This document shows, one piece after another, positions 19,280-27,603 of a DNA stretch of 62,970 nt; position 1 is the stretch's first letter; the number at the start of each line of letters is the position of its first letter. Source of the DNA: Candidatus Alloclostridium intestinigallinarum (GTDB lineage Bacteria; Bacillota; Clostridia; Christensenellales; UBA3700); NCBI GenBank assembly GCA_904393845.1, contig CAJFNB010000004.1:1-62970 (forward strand), given 5' to 3'. Made by a program: the position numbers and the translations under genes. Below the pieces are notes generated by a model. It made no database searches, had not been told where the DNA came from, and saw only the letters and a program-made list of their open reading frames with translations.

Positions 19280-20473
19280 TTAATCAAAATAATCCGTTTT
19301 GCGTATGTCCAGCCTGCCCAGATACCTGTTGTAGAAGGACAAAAAGTAATCGTCGCACATACAGGCGATAAAGTCCGCCGCCACGCGTTCGGGCGCGTTT
19401 TCGTCGGCTTTTCTGTATTCTTCCACGAATTTCGGGTTGGCGTATATGTAGGGGAAATATATCCTGCCGAGCAGCGCGCCGCCTTTTTTCAGATCGTCCA
19501 GCGCGAATTCGTACACTTCCGCCACCGCCTTTTCCATCTTTGCAGACTCCGCCGCCGTTATGCCCGTGTTCTCCGTCTTGTAGATATAGGCGTAGTTTTC
19601 GCGCATACTCTTTACTAGGGCGGCATACATCTCTTCCGAAAGCATTATCGCCGCCTTGCCGTAGCTGTTGAATATTATGTCTTCGCCTGCGGCGCGTATT
19701 ATTTTGTGGTTCAGAACGCCCGCGCCGTAGTCGGTGTAATCGTTCAGTCCGTGCACTCCCAAAGTGGCGGCGTCCTGTCTGTCCTTGCCCAGATAGGCTA
19801 TCACGTCGCATATGCGCACAAGGCAGCCTTCCAGCGTTGCGGGCATAAGTTCTTTTTGCGTTATCCTGCCGCGGTATGCGTTTTCCAGCTTTTTCTCCAG
19901 ATCGTCAAAGGTGCGCGTCGCGCATTCGTTGGGCTTGTATTCGCGCAGAACACATTCGCCGTTGTGGCACAGCACGCCGTCGATTACGGGCAGGGACATA
20001 TCCGAACGGGTGATATGGTCGAGATAGCGCGCCGACTGAACGTGGTGCGCGAAGGTGTAGCCGTATTTTTGAGTGGCGGCGTTGAGCCATACTTCGCCTT
20101 TGTGTCCGAAAGGGGCGTGCCCCAGGTCGTGCGCGCAGGCTATGGCTTCGATAAGGTCGCAGTTCAGGTTGAGCGCTCTGCCTATCGTGCGCGCGATTCT
20201 CGAAACAAGTCCCACGTGGGAAGCGCGCGTGGATATATCGTTGTTTGCGTGAAGCGAAAACACCTGCGTTTTTCCGCCGTAGCGGTTATACTGCGCCAGA
20301 TTTATCACCGCTTCGCAGTCGCGCACGAATCCGCGGCGGTAAAAATTGTATTTATAGTCGGAACGGCGCAGGCAGTCGGCCTCGCGCGCGGCGAAAGGGG
20401 AAAGCCTTTCTTCCGCTTCCTTTGCGCTGTTCATAACTTTGTCGCGTATTTCCTGTTTCTGTCTTTCGTCCAT
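19280..20473 (-). CDS. HD-domain dGTPase-like (dNTP triphosphohydrolase family) protein.
   Basis: It has the HDLGHAPFGH motif. ORF 19280..20551 was trimmed to MDERQKQ, which sits 6 nt after TGgTATAAT. Confidence 0.7.
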   Translation of the reverse strand: MDERQKQEIRDKVMNSAKEAEERLSPFAAREADCLRRSDYKYNFYRRGFVRDCEAVINLAQYNRYGGKTQVFSLHANNDISTRASHVGLVSRIARTIGRALNLNCDLIEAIACAHDLGHAPFGHKGEVWLNAATQKYGYTFAHHVQSARYLDHITRSDMSLPVIDGVLCHNGECVLREYKPNECATRTFDDLEKKLENAYRGRITQKELMPATLEGCLVRICDVIAYLGKDRQDAATLGVHGLNDYTDYGAGVLNHKIIRAAGEDIIFNSYGKAAIMLSEEMYAALVKSMRENYAYIYKTENTGITAAESAKMEKAVAEVYEFALDDLKKGGALLGRIYFPYIYANPKFVEEYRKADENAPERVAADFIACMCDDYFLSFYNRYLGRLDIRKTDYFD

Positions 20474-20479
20474 ACCGCC

Positions 20480-20488
20480 ATTATACCA
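20480..20488 (-). promoter_or_regulatory. Extended -10 element TGGTATAAT placed 6 nt before the ATG (leaderless geometry).
   Basis: The reverse complement reads TGGTATAATGGCGGTATG. There is no SD sequence. Confidence 0.45.
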
Positions 20489-20712
20489 TAAAATGCGGAA
20501 AAACAAAACAAAAAGGCGCTCTTGCACGCGCTCCCGGCGGAGTCTTTGCACCGAAGTGCGCGTATAAAGGCGGCAAAACGCTTGCCGGCAGCTCCGGGCA
20601 GGGCGTTTTACGAATTTGTTACGGTAAAGTTACCGTGATTTAACCGTCGTGCAACGATAATTTAACATTAACGGGGTAAACTATAAATGTAAAACGAAGG
20701 AGGTATACGAAA

Positions 20713-20970
20713 ATGAAAAAGGATATGACCGTAGCGGAAAAGTTCGAATACGAACAGAAAGCCGTGGCGATAGCCGCTTCCGCGGTTATAGGAATCATGG
20801 GCGCGCTTGTCGGCGGTATGGGCATAGCCCTTGCCGTAATAGCAGGCGGCGCGGCGATGACGGCGGGCGGAGCGATAGTGGCAACGGTGGGGCTGGGTAC
20901 GCTTGCGTGCGCCTATCCTCTGTTCAGGATAATATCGGGCGGAGCAAAAATATCGAAAGCCGGGTATTAA
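20713..20970 (+). CDS. Small glycine-zipper membrane protein (hypothetical, 85 aa).
   Basis: AAGGAGG lies 8 nt before the ATG. It has Gly/Ala-rich GxxxG repeats (GALVGGMGIALAVIAGGAAMTAGGA). Confidence 0.55.
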   Translation: MKKDMTVAEKFEYEQKAVAIAASAVIGIMGALVGGMGIALAVIAGGAAMTAGGAIVATVGLGTLACAYPLFRIISGGAKISKAGY

Positions 20971-21020
20971 AGCAGACAATATAAGAAAACATAAGTCTTT
21001 GTTTCATAGGCCACCCCCTG

Positions 21021-21057
21021 AAAAACAGCCCTGCGGCACTTGCCGCAGGGCTGTTTT
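21021..21057. terminator. Bidirectional terminator.
   Basis: AAAAA, then stem CAGCCCTGCGG/CCGCAGGGCTG, then TTTT. It lies between convergent genes. Confidence 0.8.
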
Positions 21058-21084
21058 CGAGTGGATTATCCGTTTTATACCGCT

Positions 21085-21687
21085 TTACGCCGCAATGGAC
21101 AGGGCGGCCTGTACGGCAGCCTGCTCGCCGCCGATGGATTCGGTGATATTGGTAAGTGCGTCCACAATCTTCTGGAACACGTTGTTTTCCATCATCCAGG
21201 ACGACACGCTGTCAAGACCCGCCACGACCTGTTCCACTTCCACATGCTTGACGAACGCGTATATCGTCACATAGCAGATGAGCACGAAGCCGAACGCAAG
21301 AAAGCCGATGCCCGCACCTATCACCGCGCCGGCGACGTGGTTCACCACGTTCAGCGCGCCTTTTATCTTTCCGCCCTTCTTATTCACGAAGTGCATGATA
21401 ATCGCCTTTATGATAAGCAGAATTACCAGCGCGGCAAATCCCACTATCAGGAAAGCGAAATTACCCGAAAGCGCGCCTTCCAGCCATTCCTGCCCGAAAA
21501 AGTCCTGCTTTGCAAGGGCGTTGTAGATGGGTTTGACCGCCAGAGCGCCCGCGGCTATGGAAAGGCCTATTACAAGCACGTTCAGCAACATTCTGATAAA
21601 GCCCATTTTCAGACCTATCAGAACGAACAGCGCAAGTATCACAAAACCGGCAATTGATATTCCGGAAATCTGCGACATAAGAAACAT
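21085..21687 (-). CDS. cvpA: CvpA-family membrane protein.
   Basis: It has four TM helices. The N-terminal pattern (..FVLIGLKMGFIRMLLNVL..) is typical of the colicin V production protein family. Confidence 0.7.
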   Translation of the reverse strand: MFLMSQISGISIAGFVILALFVLIGLKMGFIRMLLNVLVIGLSIAAGALAVKPIYNALAKQDFFGQEWLEGALSGNFAFLIVGFAALVILLIIKAIIMHFVNKKGGKIKGALNVVNHVAGAVIGAGIGFLAFGFVLICYVTIYAFVKHVEVEQVVAGLDSVSSWMMENNVFQKIVDALTNITESIGGEQAAVQAALSIAA

Positions 21688-21738
21688 TTTTTACCCTCCG
21701 ATTATCTCGCTGTCAGCGAATTTCGTTTTTACGTCCTT

Positions 21739-21767
21739 ATTTTAACCTAAAATCCGCCGTATGTCAA
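21739..21767 (-). promoter_or_regulatory. Promoter TTGACA-17-TAAAAT (minus strand) for cvpA.
   Basis: Read on the reverse complement, ~50 nt upstream of the ATG. Confidence 0.55.
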
Positions 21768-21775
21768 TAAAAGAC

Positions 21776-21792
21776 GTTGTAAAATTTACAAC
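21776..21792. promoter_or_regulatory. 17-bp palindrome GTTGTAAA-A-TTTACAAC just upstream of the cvpA -35.
   Basis: The 8+1+8 inverted repeat is perfect. It lies between the promoter and family-B copy 1. Confidence 0.4.
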
Positions 21793-21793
21793 A

Positions 21794-21940
21794 TACCCGT
21801 AGCCAACCTCAGTAGAACACATTTTACGGTAAAACATAAAATATGTGTATATGTCGGGTTGTAAAATGCTTTGCTTTCAGCGTAACTGGTTTTGTCGAAA
21901 GCAGTACGATTAAAGTGTTCTACTGGGGCCCACTACGGGT
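21794..21940. repeat. Family-B inverted-repeat (MITE-like or structured RNA) element, copy 1.
   Basis: The 27-nt arms are TACCCGTAGCCAACCTCAGTAGAACAC / GTGTTCTACTGGGGCCCACTACGGGTA. Two internal hairpins are present (CATTTTAC/GTAAAATG and TGCTTTC/GAAAGCA). Confidence 0.85.
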
Positions 21941-22008
21941 ACTTAAAGCGTTGTGCGGAGCGGCCGCCTTGTGGAATAAAGTCCGTGCGGCGCGTCGGGC
22001 GTACCGTA

Positions 22009-22524
22009 TTACGTTATATGCCGCGCGCGATTGTACGCGGAAGGGGAGGCGGAAAAGTTTTCTATATATTCTATAAGCCGCATGGTCATATCCGCCGTCT
22101 TTCGCGCCAGCTCTTCTATGAATTTTTCGTCGCCGCCGGCAAGGCGCGAGTAGTTGTCGCCGCCTTTTTCTCCCACTACGGCGAGCACGCCTATATCGCC
22201 CAGACTCTTTCCTTTCCGTCCCAGCGCTCTTCCCGGAAAAAGTCCGTTATTTGTAATCTTGACCCGCCCTACGTCTGCTTTTTCGCCCAAAGCCGCGTCT
22301 ACGGCAATGATTATGTCCGCCTTGTGGCACACGTCTATCAGGTTCCGGTAAACGTCGAGTTTGTGCGCGTTTATATTAGTCGTGCTGTCGCCGTATACAA
22401 AGCAGTTTACCCCGCGCGCCTTCAATATGTCGCCCACCCTGGGGCCGACGCTGTCGCCCGTGACGCGCATAGTGCCTATGCACAGTACCACCGTGTTTAT
22501 TTTCTTCACACCTTGAATGACCAT
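22009..22524 (-). CDS. yyaC: Spore protease YyaC family protein.
   Basis: It has VVLCIGTMRVTGDSVGPRVG and IIAVDAALG motifs like B. subtilis YyaC. ORF 22009..22743 was trimmed to MVIQGVKK; the upstream part of the ORF runs into repeat DNA. Confidence 0.7.
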   Translation of the reverse strand: MVIQGVKKINTVVLCIGTMRVTGDSVGPRVGDILKARGVNCFVYGDSTTNINAHKLDVYRNLIDVCHKADIIIAVDAALGEKADVGRVKITNNGLFPGRALGRKGKSLGDIGVLAVVGEKGGDNYSRLAGGDEKFIEELARKTADMTMRLIEYIENFSASPSAYNRARHIT

Positions 22525-22554
22525 GGTATTGTTTTTGCCTGAAATGTGTAAAAT

Positions 22555-22716
22555 ATACCCGTAGAAAGTCTGCCGAAGCGGTTCAGGCATGATCTTTCCG
22601 TCACCTTTGCGCAACGCCTCGCTCGACGTAGCGCTGCTACGACTTCGTTCGGCGTTGCGCAAATCTGTCCGAAAATCTCTATGCCTGAACCGCTTCGGCA
22701 GGCTCTCTCCGGGTAT
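22555..22716. repeat. Family-D inverted-repeat element, complete copy.
   Basis: The 36-nt arms are ATACCCGTAGAAAGTCTGCCGAAGCGGTTCAGGCAT / ATGCCTGAACCGCTTCGGCAGGCTCTCTCCGGGTAT. A central long hairpin lies at 22607-22662. Confidence 0.85.
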
Positions 22717-22747
22717 CCCATGGAAGTGGGTTTTTAGGCGCATTTCC

Positions 22748-22858
22748 GCGATTCGTCGTTCGACGTAGCGCTGCTACGACTTCGCTCCGAATCGCAAAAA
22801 TCTGCTCAAAAATACCTAATCTGCAACTCGTTCAGGCAGACGCTCCACGGGTATCCCG
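22748..22858. repeat. Family-D partial, divergent copy (central hairpin plus right arm).
   Basis: The central hairpin GCGATTCG..CGAATCGC keeps the TCGACGTAGCGCTGCTACGACTTCG core. The right arm is divergent and ends ..CACGGGTATCC. Confidence 0.75.
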
Positions 22859-22935
22859 TAGAGAAGGGAGTAAATATGTTCGAAAATCTCTATGCCTGAA
22901 CCGCTTCGGCAGGCTCTCTCCGGGTATCCCATGGA
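22859..22935. repeat. Family-D internally deleted copy.
   Basis: The 55 nt at 22881-22935 are identical to 22670-22724. The left-end remnant is CGTAGAGAAGG. Confidence 0.8.
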
Positions 22936-23002
22936 GTGCCCGCCAAAAAGGCGTTTATAGGTGTGGGTACAAATTAAAACAAGCGAATAAAGGCGGCGAG
23001 CA

Positions 23003-23058
23003 GGAGTGTGGCACGCTCCGCCCCTGATAAATAGAGCGCGGCAAAATCGCATTTTGCC
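23003..23058 (-). repeat. Family-A module in minus orientation, with a different hairpin-1 sequence.
   Basis: The reverse complement reads GGCAAAAT-GCG-ATTTTGCC .. TTTATCAGGGGC GGAGCGTGCCACACTCC. Confidence 0.65.
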
Positions 23059-23343
23059 AAGCGTAACCTCTAAAATCCGCCGTGCGGATTTTCCCGAACG
23101 GCGTGAGGGCGGAATGGGGTGAAGGTTTGCGGCAAAAGAGCGGCGCGATACCCCTCAACTTGCCGCAAAACGAGGGGAAAACCACTGCGGAGCGAGCAGG
23201 GTTTTCCCTTAAAGGCGAAGGCGCAAAGTGTTTTGTGAAGTCAATATCTCCGCTACTTGCAGAAATATATCACAAAACACTTTCATTCGGCGCCTAAGCG
23301 AAGCGCTCAATCGGCGGTTATTACTGCTATACAAAGTATTTAC

Positions 23344-23372
23344 TTGACTAATGCGCCGTTTTATATTATTAT
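23344..23372 (+). promoter_or_regulatory. Promoter TTGACT-17-TATTAT for ftsH.
   Basis: Read directly, ~55 nt upstream of the GTG at 23428. Confidence 0.55.
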
Positions 23373-23427
23373 AAACGTAACGTACTTTCAAGTATAGAAT
23401 TTGAGTACATAGACAGGGGACAATAAA

Positions 23428-25581
23428 GTGACCAAAAATCAAAAAATTCTGAGAATAGTTCTCATCGTCATAGCATTGGTGGTGATAGCGCTGCTTTTGT
23501 GGATGATCTTCGATACGGGCGGTCCCGAGGAGATAGATTACCAGACGGATGAGGAAGGAAGGCTCGGGCTTGTCGATATGATTGTCGACGGACAGGTGCA
23601 GGCGGTATATGTAAACGGATACACCGCGTACGTGCTTACCGTGGACCAGCAGATGACTACCGCCGACTTTTTGAGGAATCCTACCTCGAACGCAAAGTAT
23701 TTCTGCTATATGCCGTACAGCTACGCGCTGAGCAATACCGTTTACCACGATCCTGAAACGGATAAAGATGTAGCGCTTTCGTCCATGATAACCCTGCGCT
23801 ACGCCAACGCGCAGAGCAATTCCACGCTCACTTCGCTTATCGTACCCATCGTGGGCGTGATAGTGATAGGAATAATTATCTTCTTCATCTTCCGCCAAAG
23901 CGCGGGCGCGAACAAGCAGGCGATGAACTTCGGCAAGCTGAAAGCGCGCGTGAACATGAACGTAAAAGTGCGTTTCGACGACGTTGCCGGTGCGGACGAG
24001 GAAAAGGAAGAGCTGCAGGAGATAGTGGAGTTTTTGAAATCTCCCTCCAAATTCACCGCTTTGGGCGCGAGAGTTCCCAAGGGCGTGCTTCTGGTAGGTC
24101 CTCCCGGAACGGGTAAAACGCTGTTTGCAAAGGCGGTTGCGGGTGAAGCGGGCGTGCCCTTCTTCTCCATATCCGGTTCCGACTTTGTGGAAATGTTCGT
24201 CGGTACGGGCGCGGCGAGGGTGCGCGACTTGTTCGACCAGGCAAAGCGCAATATGCCCTGCATAGTGTTTATCGACGAAATCGACGCCGTGGGACGCCAG
24301 CGCGGAGCGGGACTCGGCGGCGGACACGACGAAAGGGAACAGACCCTCAACCAGCTGCTCGTGCAGATGGACGGCTTTGAAAAGAACGAAGGCATTATCG
24401 TTATGGCGGCGACCAACCGCGCAGACATTCTCGACCCCGCGCTGTTGCGCCCGGGCAGATTCGACAGACAGATTTACGTTTCTCTTCCCGACGTCAAGGG
24501 CAGAGAGGCTATATTCAAAGTGCACTCGCGCAATAAACCGCTCGCGCCCGACGTATCCTTTAAGATACTTGCGCGCATGACAAGCGGCTTTTCGGGTGCG
24601 GATATTGAAAACCTGCTCAACGAAGCGGCTATTCTGGCGGCGCGCGCGGGCAGAAAAGTGATAGTCATGGTCGACCTTTTGGAAGGCATAAACAAGGTTA
24701 TCGCAGGTCCCCAGAAGAAGAGCCGCGTGGTTACCGAAACGGATAAGCGCATAACCGCTTACCACGAATCGGGACACGCGATAGTCGCCAAACTGCTCCC
24801 CGGCTGCGACGAAGTGCAGGAAGTCAGCATTATCCCCCGCGGCATGGCGGCAGGCTACACGCTTACCCGTCCCGAAACGGACGACAGCCACGTTACGCGC
24901 AGTAAACTGCATGACACCATAGCCATGATGCTGGGCGGCAGAGCGGCGGAAGAGATAGTCATTCACGACATTTCGACGGGCGCATCCAACGACATACAGC
25001 GCGCCACCCAGCTTGCGCGCAGTATGGTTACCGAATGGGGTATGTCGGAAGCCATAGGCAATATCTATCTGGGCGGCGACAAGGAAGTGTTCCTGGGCAA
25101 GGACTTCGGCGCAACGCACACTTACAGCGAAGAACTCGGCGGCGTGATAGACGTGGAGATACGCAAGATAATAGACGGCGCATACGACCGCGCGCTTACC
25201 ATTCTGCGCGAACACCGCACTATTCTGGATAATATGGTAAAGGTGCTCTACGCAAAACAAACCATCTACACCGACGAAGTGAATATGCTGTTCGACGGTA
25301 AGAGTGCGGAAGAGGTCATCGCCGATATAGACGACCGCGCCAGCAAGCGCGACGCGAGATACGGCGCGGCAAAACCCGACGGCGCAATGCGCCCCGTGAA
25401 CATTATTCCCGAAAAGACCGCAGAAGAAAAATCCGACGCGGAAAACGGCGGAAACACGGAGGCAGGGGCGGAAAAAACCGAGCCTGTTCAGGAAGCGGAA
25501 GAAAATAAGCAAGCGCCTTCCGAACCCGGAGAAAAGCCCGGTAGCGATACGCCCGACGACGGCGGCGCGGACGGGGAATAA
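23428..25581 (+). CDS. ftsH: ATP-dependent zinc metalloprotease FtsH.
   Basis: It has Walker A GPPGTGKT, the SRH region and zinc site HESGHA. It uses a GTG start with AGGGGA upstream and has an acidic C-terminal tail. Confidence 0.95.
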   Translation: MTKNQKILRIVLIVIALVVIALLLWMIFDTGGPEEIDYQTDEEGRLGLVDMIVDGQVQAVYVNGYTAYVLTVDQQMTTADFLRNPTSNAKYFCYMPYSYALSNTVYHDPETDKDVALSSMITLRYANAQSNSTLTSLIVPIVGVIVIGIIIFFIFRQSAGANKQAMNFGKLKARVNMNVKVRFDDVAGADEEKEELQEIVEFLKSPSKFTALGARVPKGVLLVGPPGTGKTLFAKAVAGEAGVPFFSISGSDFVEMFVGTGAARVRDLFDQAKRNMPCIVFIDEIDAVGRQRGAGLGGGHDEREQTLNQLLVQMDGFEKNEGIIVMAATNRADILDPALLRPGRFDRQIYVSLPDVKGREAIFKVHSRNKPLAPDVSFKILARMTSGFSGADIENLLNEAAILAARAGRKVIVMVDLLEGINKVIAGPQKKSRVVTETDKRITAYHESGHAIVAKLLPGCDEVQEVSIIPRGMAAGYTLTRPETDDSHVTRSKLHDTIAMMLGGRAAEEIVIHDISTGASNDIQRATQLARSMVTEWGMSEAIGNIYLGGDKEVFLGKDFGATHTYSEELGGVIDVEIRKIIDGAYDRALTILREHRTILDNMVKVLYAKQTIYTDEVNMLFDGKSAEEVIADIDDRASKRDARYGAAKPDGAMRPVNIIPEKTAEEKSDAENGGNTEAGAEKTEPVQEAEENKQAPSEPGEKPGSDTPDDGGADGE

Positions 25582-25593
25582 CCGTTAAAAGAT

Positions 25594-25626
25594 AAAAAAC
25601 GAGCGGCGCGAGCCGCTCTTTTTTTA
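25594..25626 (+). terminator. Rho-independent terminator of ftsH.
   Basis: The stem GAGCGGC/GCCGCTC is followed by TTTTTTT. Confidence 0.8.
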
Positions 25627-25671
25627 TGCGGAAGTTCTTAATTAAAGTGCGCCGGCATACGATATTTGCGT

Positions 25672-26517
25672 ATGAAAGAAGCGGCTTTTTATAACGGGAA
25701 GGTAGGGGAAGCAAGCGGGATGTGCGTGCCTTTTCTGGAGCGCACCAATTTTTTCGGCGACGCGGTATACGACGTGACATACGCGCTCGATTACGGGCTG
25801 TTTGCCGTCGGCGAGCACGTTGAGCGGCTGTTTGCGGGCGCGCGCAGGGTGGGCATCGAGCCGCCGCTTGCGCGCTGTGAACTCATAGAGCAGGTGCGGA
25901 AAGTAGTCCGAATGTGCGATACGGGCGACCTTATGGTATATATGCAGTTTTCGGGCGGCGCGGGCAGGCGCGAACATGTGCGGCGCACCGAGGCGGGCGT
26001 GTGGATATACTGTTTTCCGAAAAAGATAGAGGACCCCGACAAAAAGTATAAGCTGATTACCGCGCCCGACATAAGATACGGGCTGTGCGGCGTTAAAACG
26101 ATAAATCTTCTGCCCAACGTGCTGGCGGCGAACGCGGCGGACAGCGTGGGCGCGGACGAATGTATACTTTGCGCGGGCGAGATAGTCAACGAGTGCGCCC
26201 ATTCCAACGTGAGCATTCTGAAAGAAGGGCAGCTTGTCGCCTCTCCCGCGCGCGGCAAAATTCTGGACGGAATTTCCATGCGCCGTCTGATAGCGGCTTG
26301 CTCGGAACTGGGCGTGGCGGTTTCCCGCCGCACTTTCACTCTGGAAGAATTGAAGGGCGCGGACGAAGTGATTGTGACTTCTTCGGGCGTGCCGTGCACG
26401 GCGGCGGAGAGGGTGGACGGCATACGCGTAGGCGGCAGGGACGGGCGCACGCTTGCACGCCTTAAAGATATGCTGTACCGTCAGTTCAGACTTGCGTGCG
26501 CTATGGACAGGGGGTAA
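25672..26517 (+). CDS. Class IV (D-amino-acid/branched-chain type) aminotransferase.
   Basis: It is about 280 aa and resembles fold-type IV aminotransferases throughout. The start is at the ATG at 25672 (the ORF track begins at the TTG at 25666). Confidence 0.75.
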   Translation: MKEAAFYNGKVGEASGMCVPFLERTNFFGDAVYDVTYALDYGLFAVGEHVERLFAGARRVGIEPPLARCELIEQVRKVVRMCDTGDLMVYMQFSGGAGRREHVRRTEAGVWIYCFPKKIEDPDKKYKLITAPDIRYGLCGVKTINLLPNVLAANAADSVGADECILCAGEIVNECAHSNVSILKEGQLVASPARGKILDGISMRRLIAACSELGVAVSRRTFTLEELKGADEVIVTSSGVPCTAAERVDGIRVGGRDGRTLARLKDMLYRQFRLACAMDRG

Positions 26518-26518
26518 T

Positions 26519-26776
26519 ATGGATAATAATAAAAGTAAAAGTTCAAGCATTTCCGTCGTGTTCGGAAAAGGCTTTACGGTAAACGGCGTAACCGGCGTAA
26601 TCTCGGGGACGGACAGGGAATTGGTGCTCAGAACGGAGGGCGGCACGCTTAAACTGCGCGGCGAAAATTTCGACGTGAACAAGGTGGACCTGGAAACGGG
26701 CGTGGTGGAAGTAAAGGGCAGCCTTTTGTCGCTCGTGCGCGGCAAATCTTCCCTGGCAAAGCGCCTTTTCAGATGA
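26519..26776 (+). CDS. yabP: Sporulation protein YabP.
   Basis: It is 85 aa with the pattern ..VNGVTGVISGTDRELVLRTEGGTLKLRGENF..VDLETGVVEVKG.. and the tail KRLFR, as in B. subtilis YabP. AGGGGG precedes the ATG. Confidence 0.7.
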   Translation: MDNNKSKSSSISVVFGKGFTVNGVTGVISGTDRELVLRTEGGTLKLRGENFDVNKVDLETGVVEVKGSLLSLVRGKSSLAKRLFR

Positions 26777-27078
26777 TTCTGCCTCCCACCGCCTCGCAAC
26801 AGGCAATATCGGCGGCAATCGCGCTTGCGGAAGGGACGGGACTGGCCCTAGTATTGCTTATGATTGCGTTTTTCGTAAAAAAGCTCAGACTGGGCAAGCT
26901 GTGGAACGCCGCGTTGCAGCTGTTTTTCTGCTGCGCGTATTTCGCCCTTTGCCTGTGCGTGGAGATTTTTTATTTCGGCGGCACTTTCGAATTGCACAGG
27001 ATAGTTTGTTTTTGCCTGTCCGTTATTGCGGGTACGGCGCTTTTTGTAAAAATACGCAAGAAAGTAAAACGCTCTTAG
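26773..27078 (+). CDS. yabQ: YabQ-like spore cortex biosynthesis membrane protein.
   Basis: It is a small 3-TM protein that overlaps the yabP stop, matching the conserved yabP-yabQ gene order. Confidence 0.5.
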   Translation: MILPPTASQQAISAAIALAEGTGLALVLLMIAFFVKKLRLGKLWNAALQLFFCCAYFALCLCVEIFYFGGTFELHRIVCFCLSVIAGTALFVKIRKKVKRS

Positions 27079-27184
27079 CCCCCTTTCCGGCGACGGGATA
27101 ATATATTCTTCAAAGCAAATTTTTCGGAAAAACGCATTTTGTTTTTATTCAAACCCATATATTCCTATTCACGCACGCCTGAAC

Positions 27185-27213
27185 TTGACTTTTAGCGGCG
27201 CCGCATATATAAT
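27185..27213 (+). promoter_or_regulatory. Promoter TTGACT-17-TATAAT ending 6 nt before the ATG at 27220 (leaderless geometry).
   Basis: The hexamers and spacing were read directly. There is no SD sequence. Confidence 0.6.
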
Positions 27214-27219
27214 TTATAT

Positions 27220-27603
27220 ATGCTTACTTTGAAGTATTGCGAGGACGAAAAATTAAAACGCGCGCTTGCGGAAGAAATTTTTCCCGGCGGGCGGGTGGAC
27301 AGCGCCGTGGTATTGTACAACGGCGGCGAGCCGTGCGGTCTGGCGGAGTACGCCTTGAAGGACGGTTGTGTGCTGATTAAAAAAGTGGGCATAGTAAAGG
27401 GCGAGCGTAAAAAGGGCTACGGCGATTTTTTCACGCGCGCGCTTATTTTCAAGTTTGTAAGAAGCGGATTGGACATCTGCGTGGACTGCGAAAGCAAGTA
27501 TTTTGAAAACTTGGGTTTTACACCGGACGGAAGGGGCGGAATGAGAGTTTCGCCCGATAGGGTGGTATTTCCGTCACAATGTCACCGGGAGGATAAAAAA
27601 TGA
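27220..27603 (+). CDS. Small GNAT-like acetyltransferase (putative).
   Basis: It is 127 aa with an acetyl-CoA-site-like [13 protein letters not shown]. An ATGA overlap joins it to fhs. Confidence 0.45.
   Translation: MLTLKYCEDEKLKRALAEEIFPGGRVDSAVVLYNGGEPCGLAEYALKDGCVLIKKVGIVKGERKKGYGDFFTRALIFKFVRSGLDICVDCESKYFENLGFTPDGRGGMRVSPDRVVFPSQCHREDKK

Noticed and set aside
22506-23052. Two ORFs (22506-22721 and 22816-23052, minus strand) sharing the peptide MGYPERACRSGSGIEIF.
   Set aside because: The shared peptide is the translation of the duplicated family-D right arm. There is no RBS, and the ORFs are embedded in hairpin repeats.
27079-27219. ZTP/pfl or THF-type riboswitch upstream of fhs, and similarly upstream of purF (32871-33040).
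   Set aside because: fhs is preceded by an overlapping leaderless GNAT-like gene, leaving no leader RNA. The purF leader is only ~28 nt after a clear promoter. No conserved riboswitch boxes were seen.
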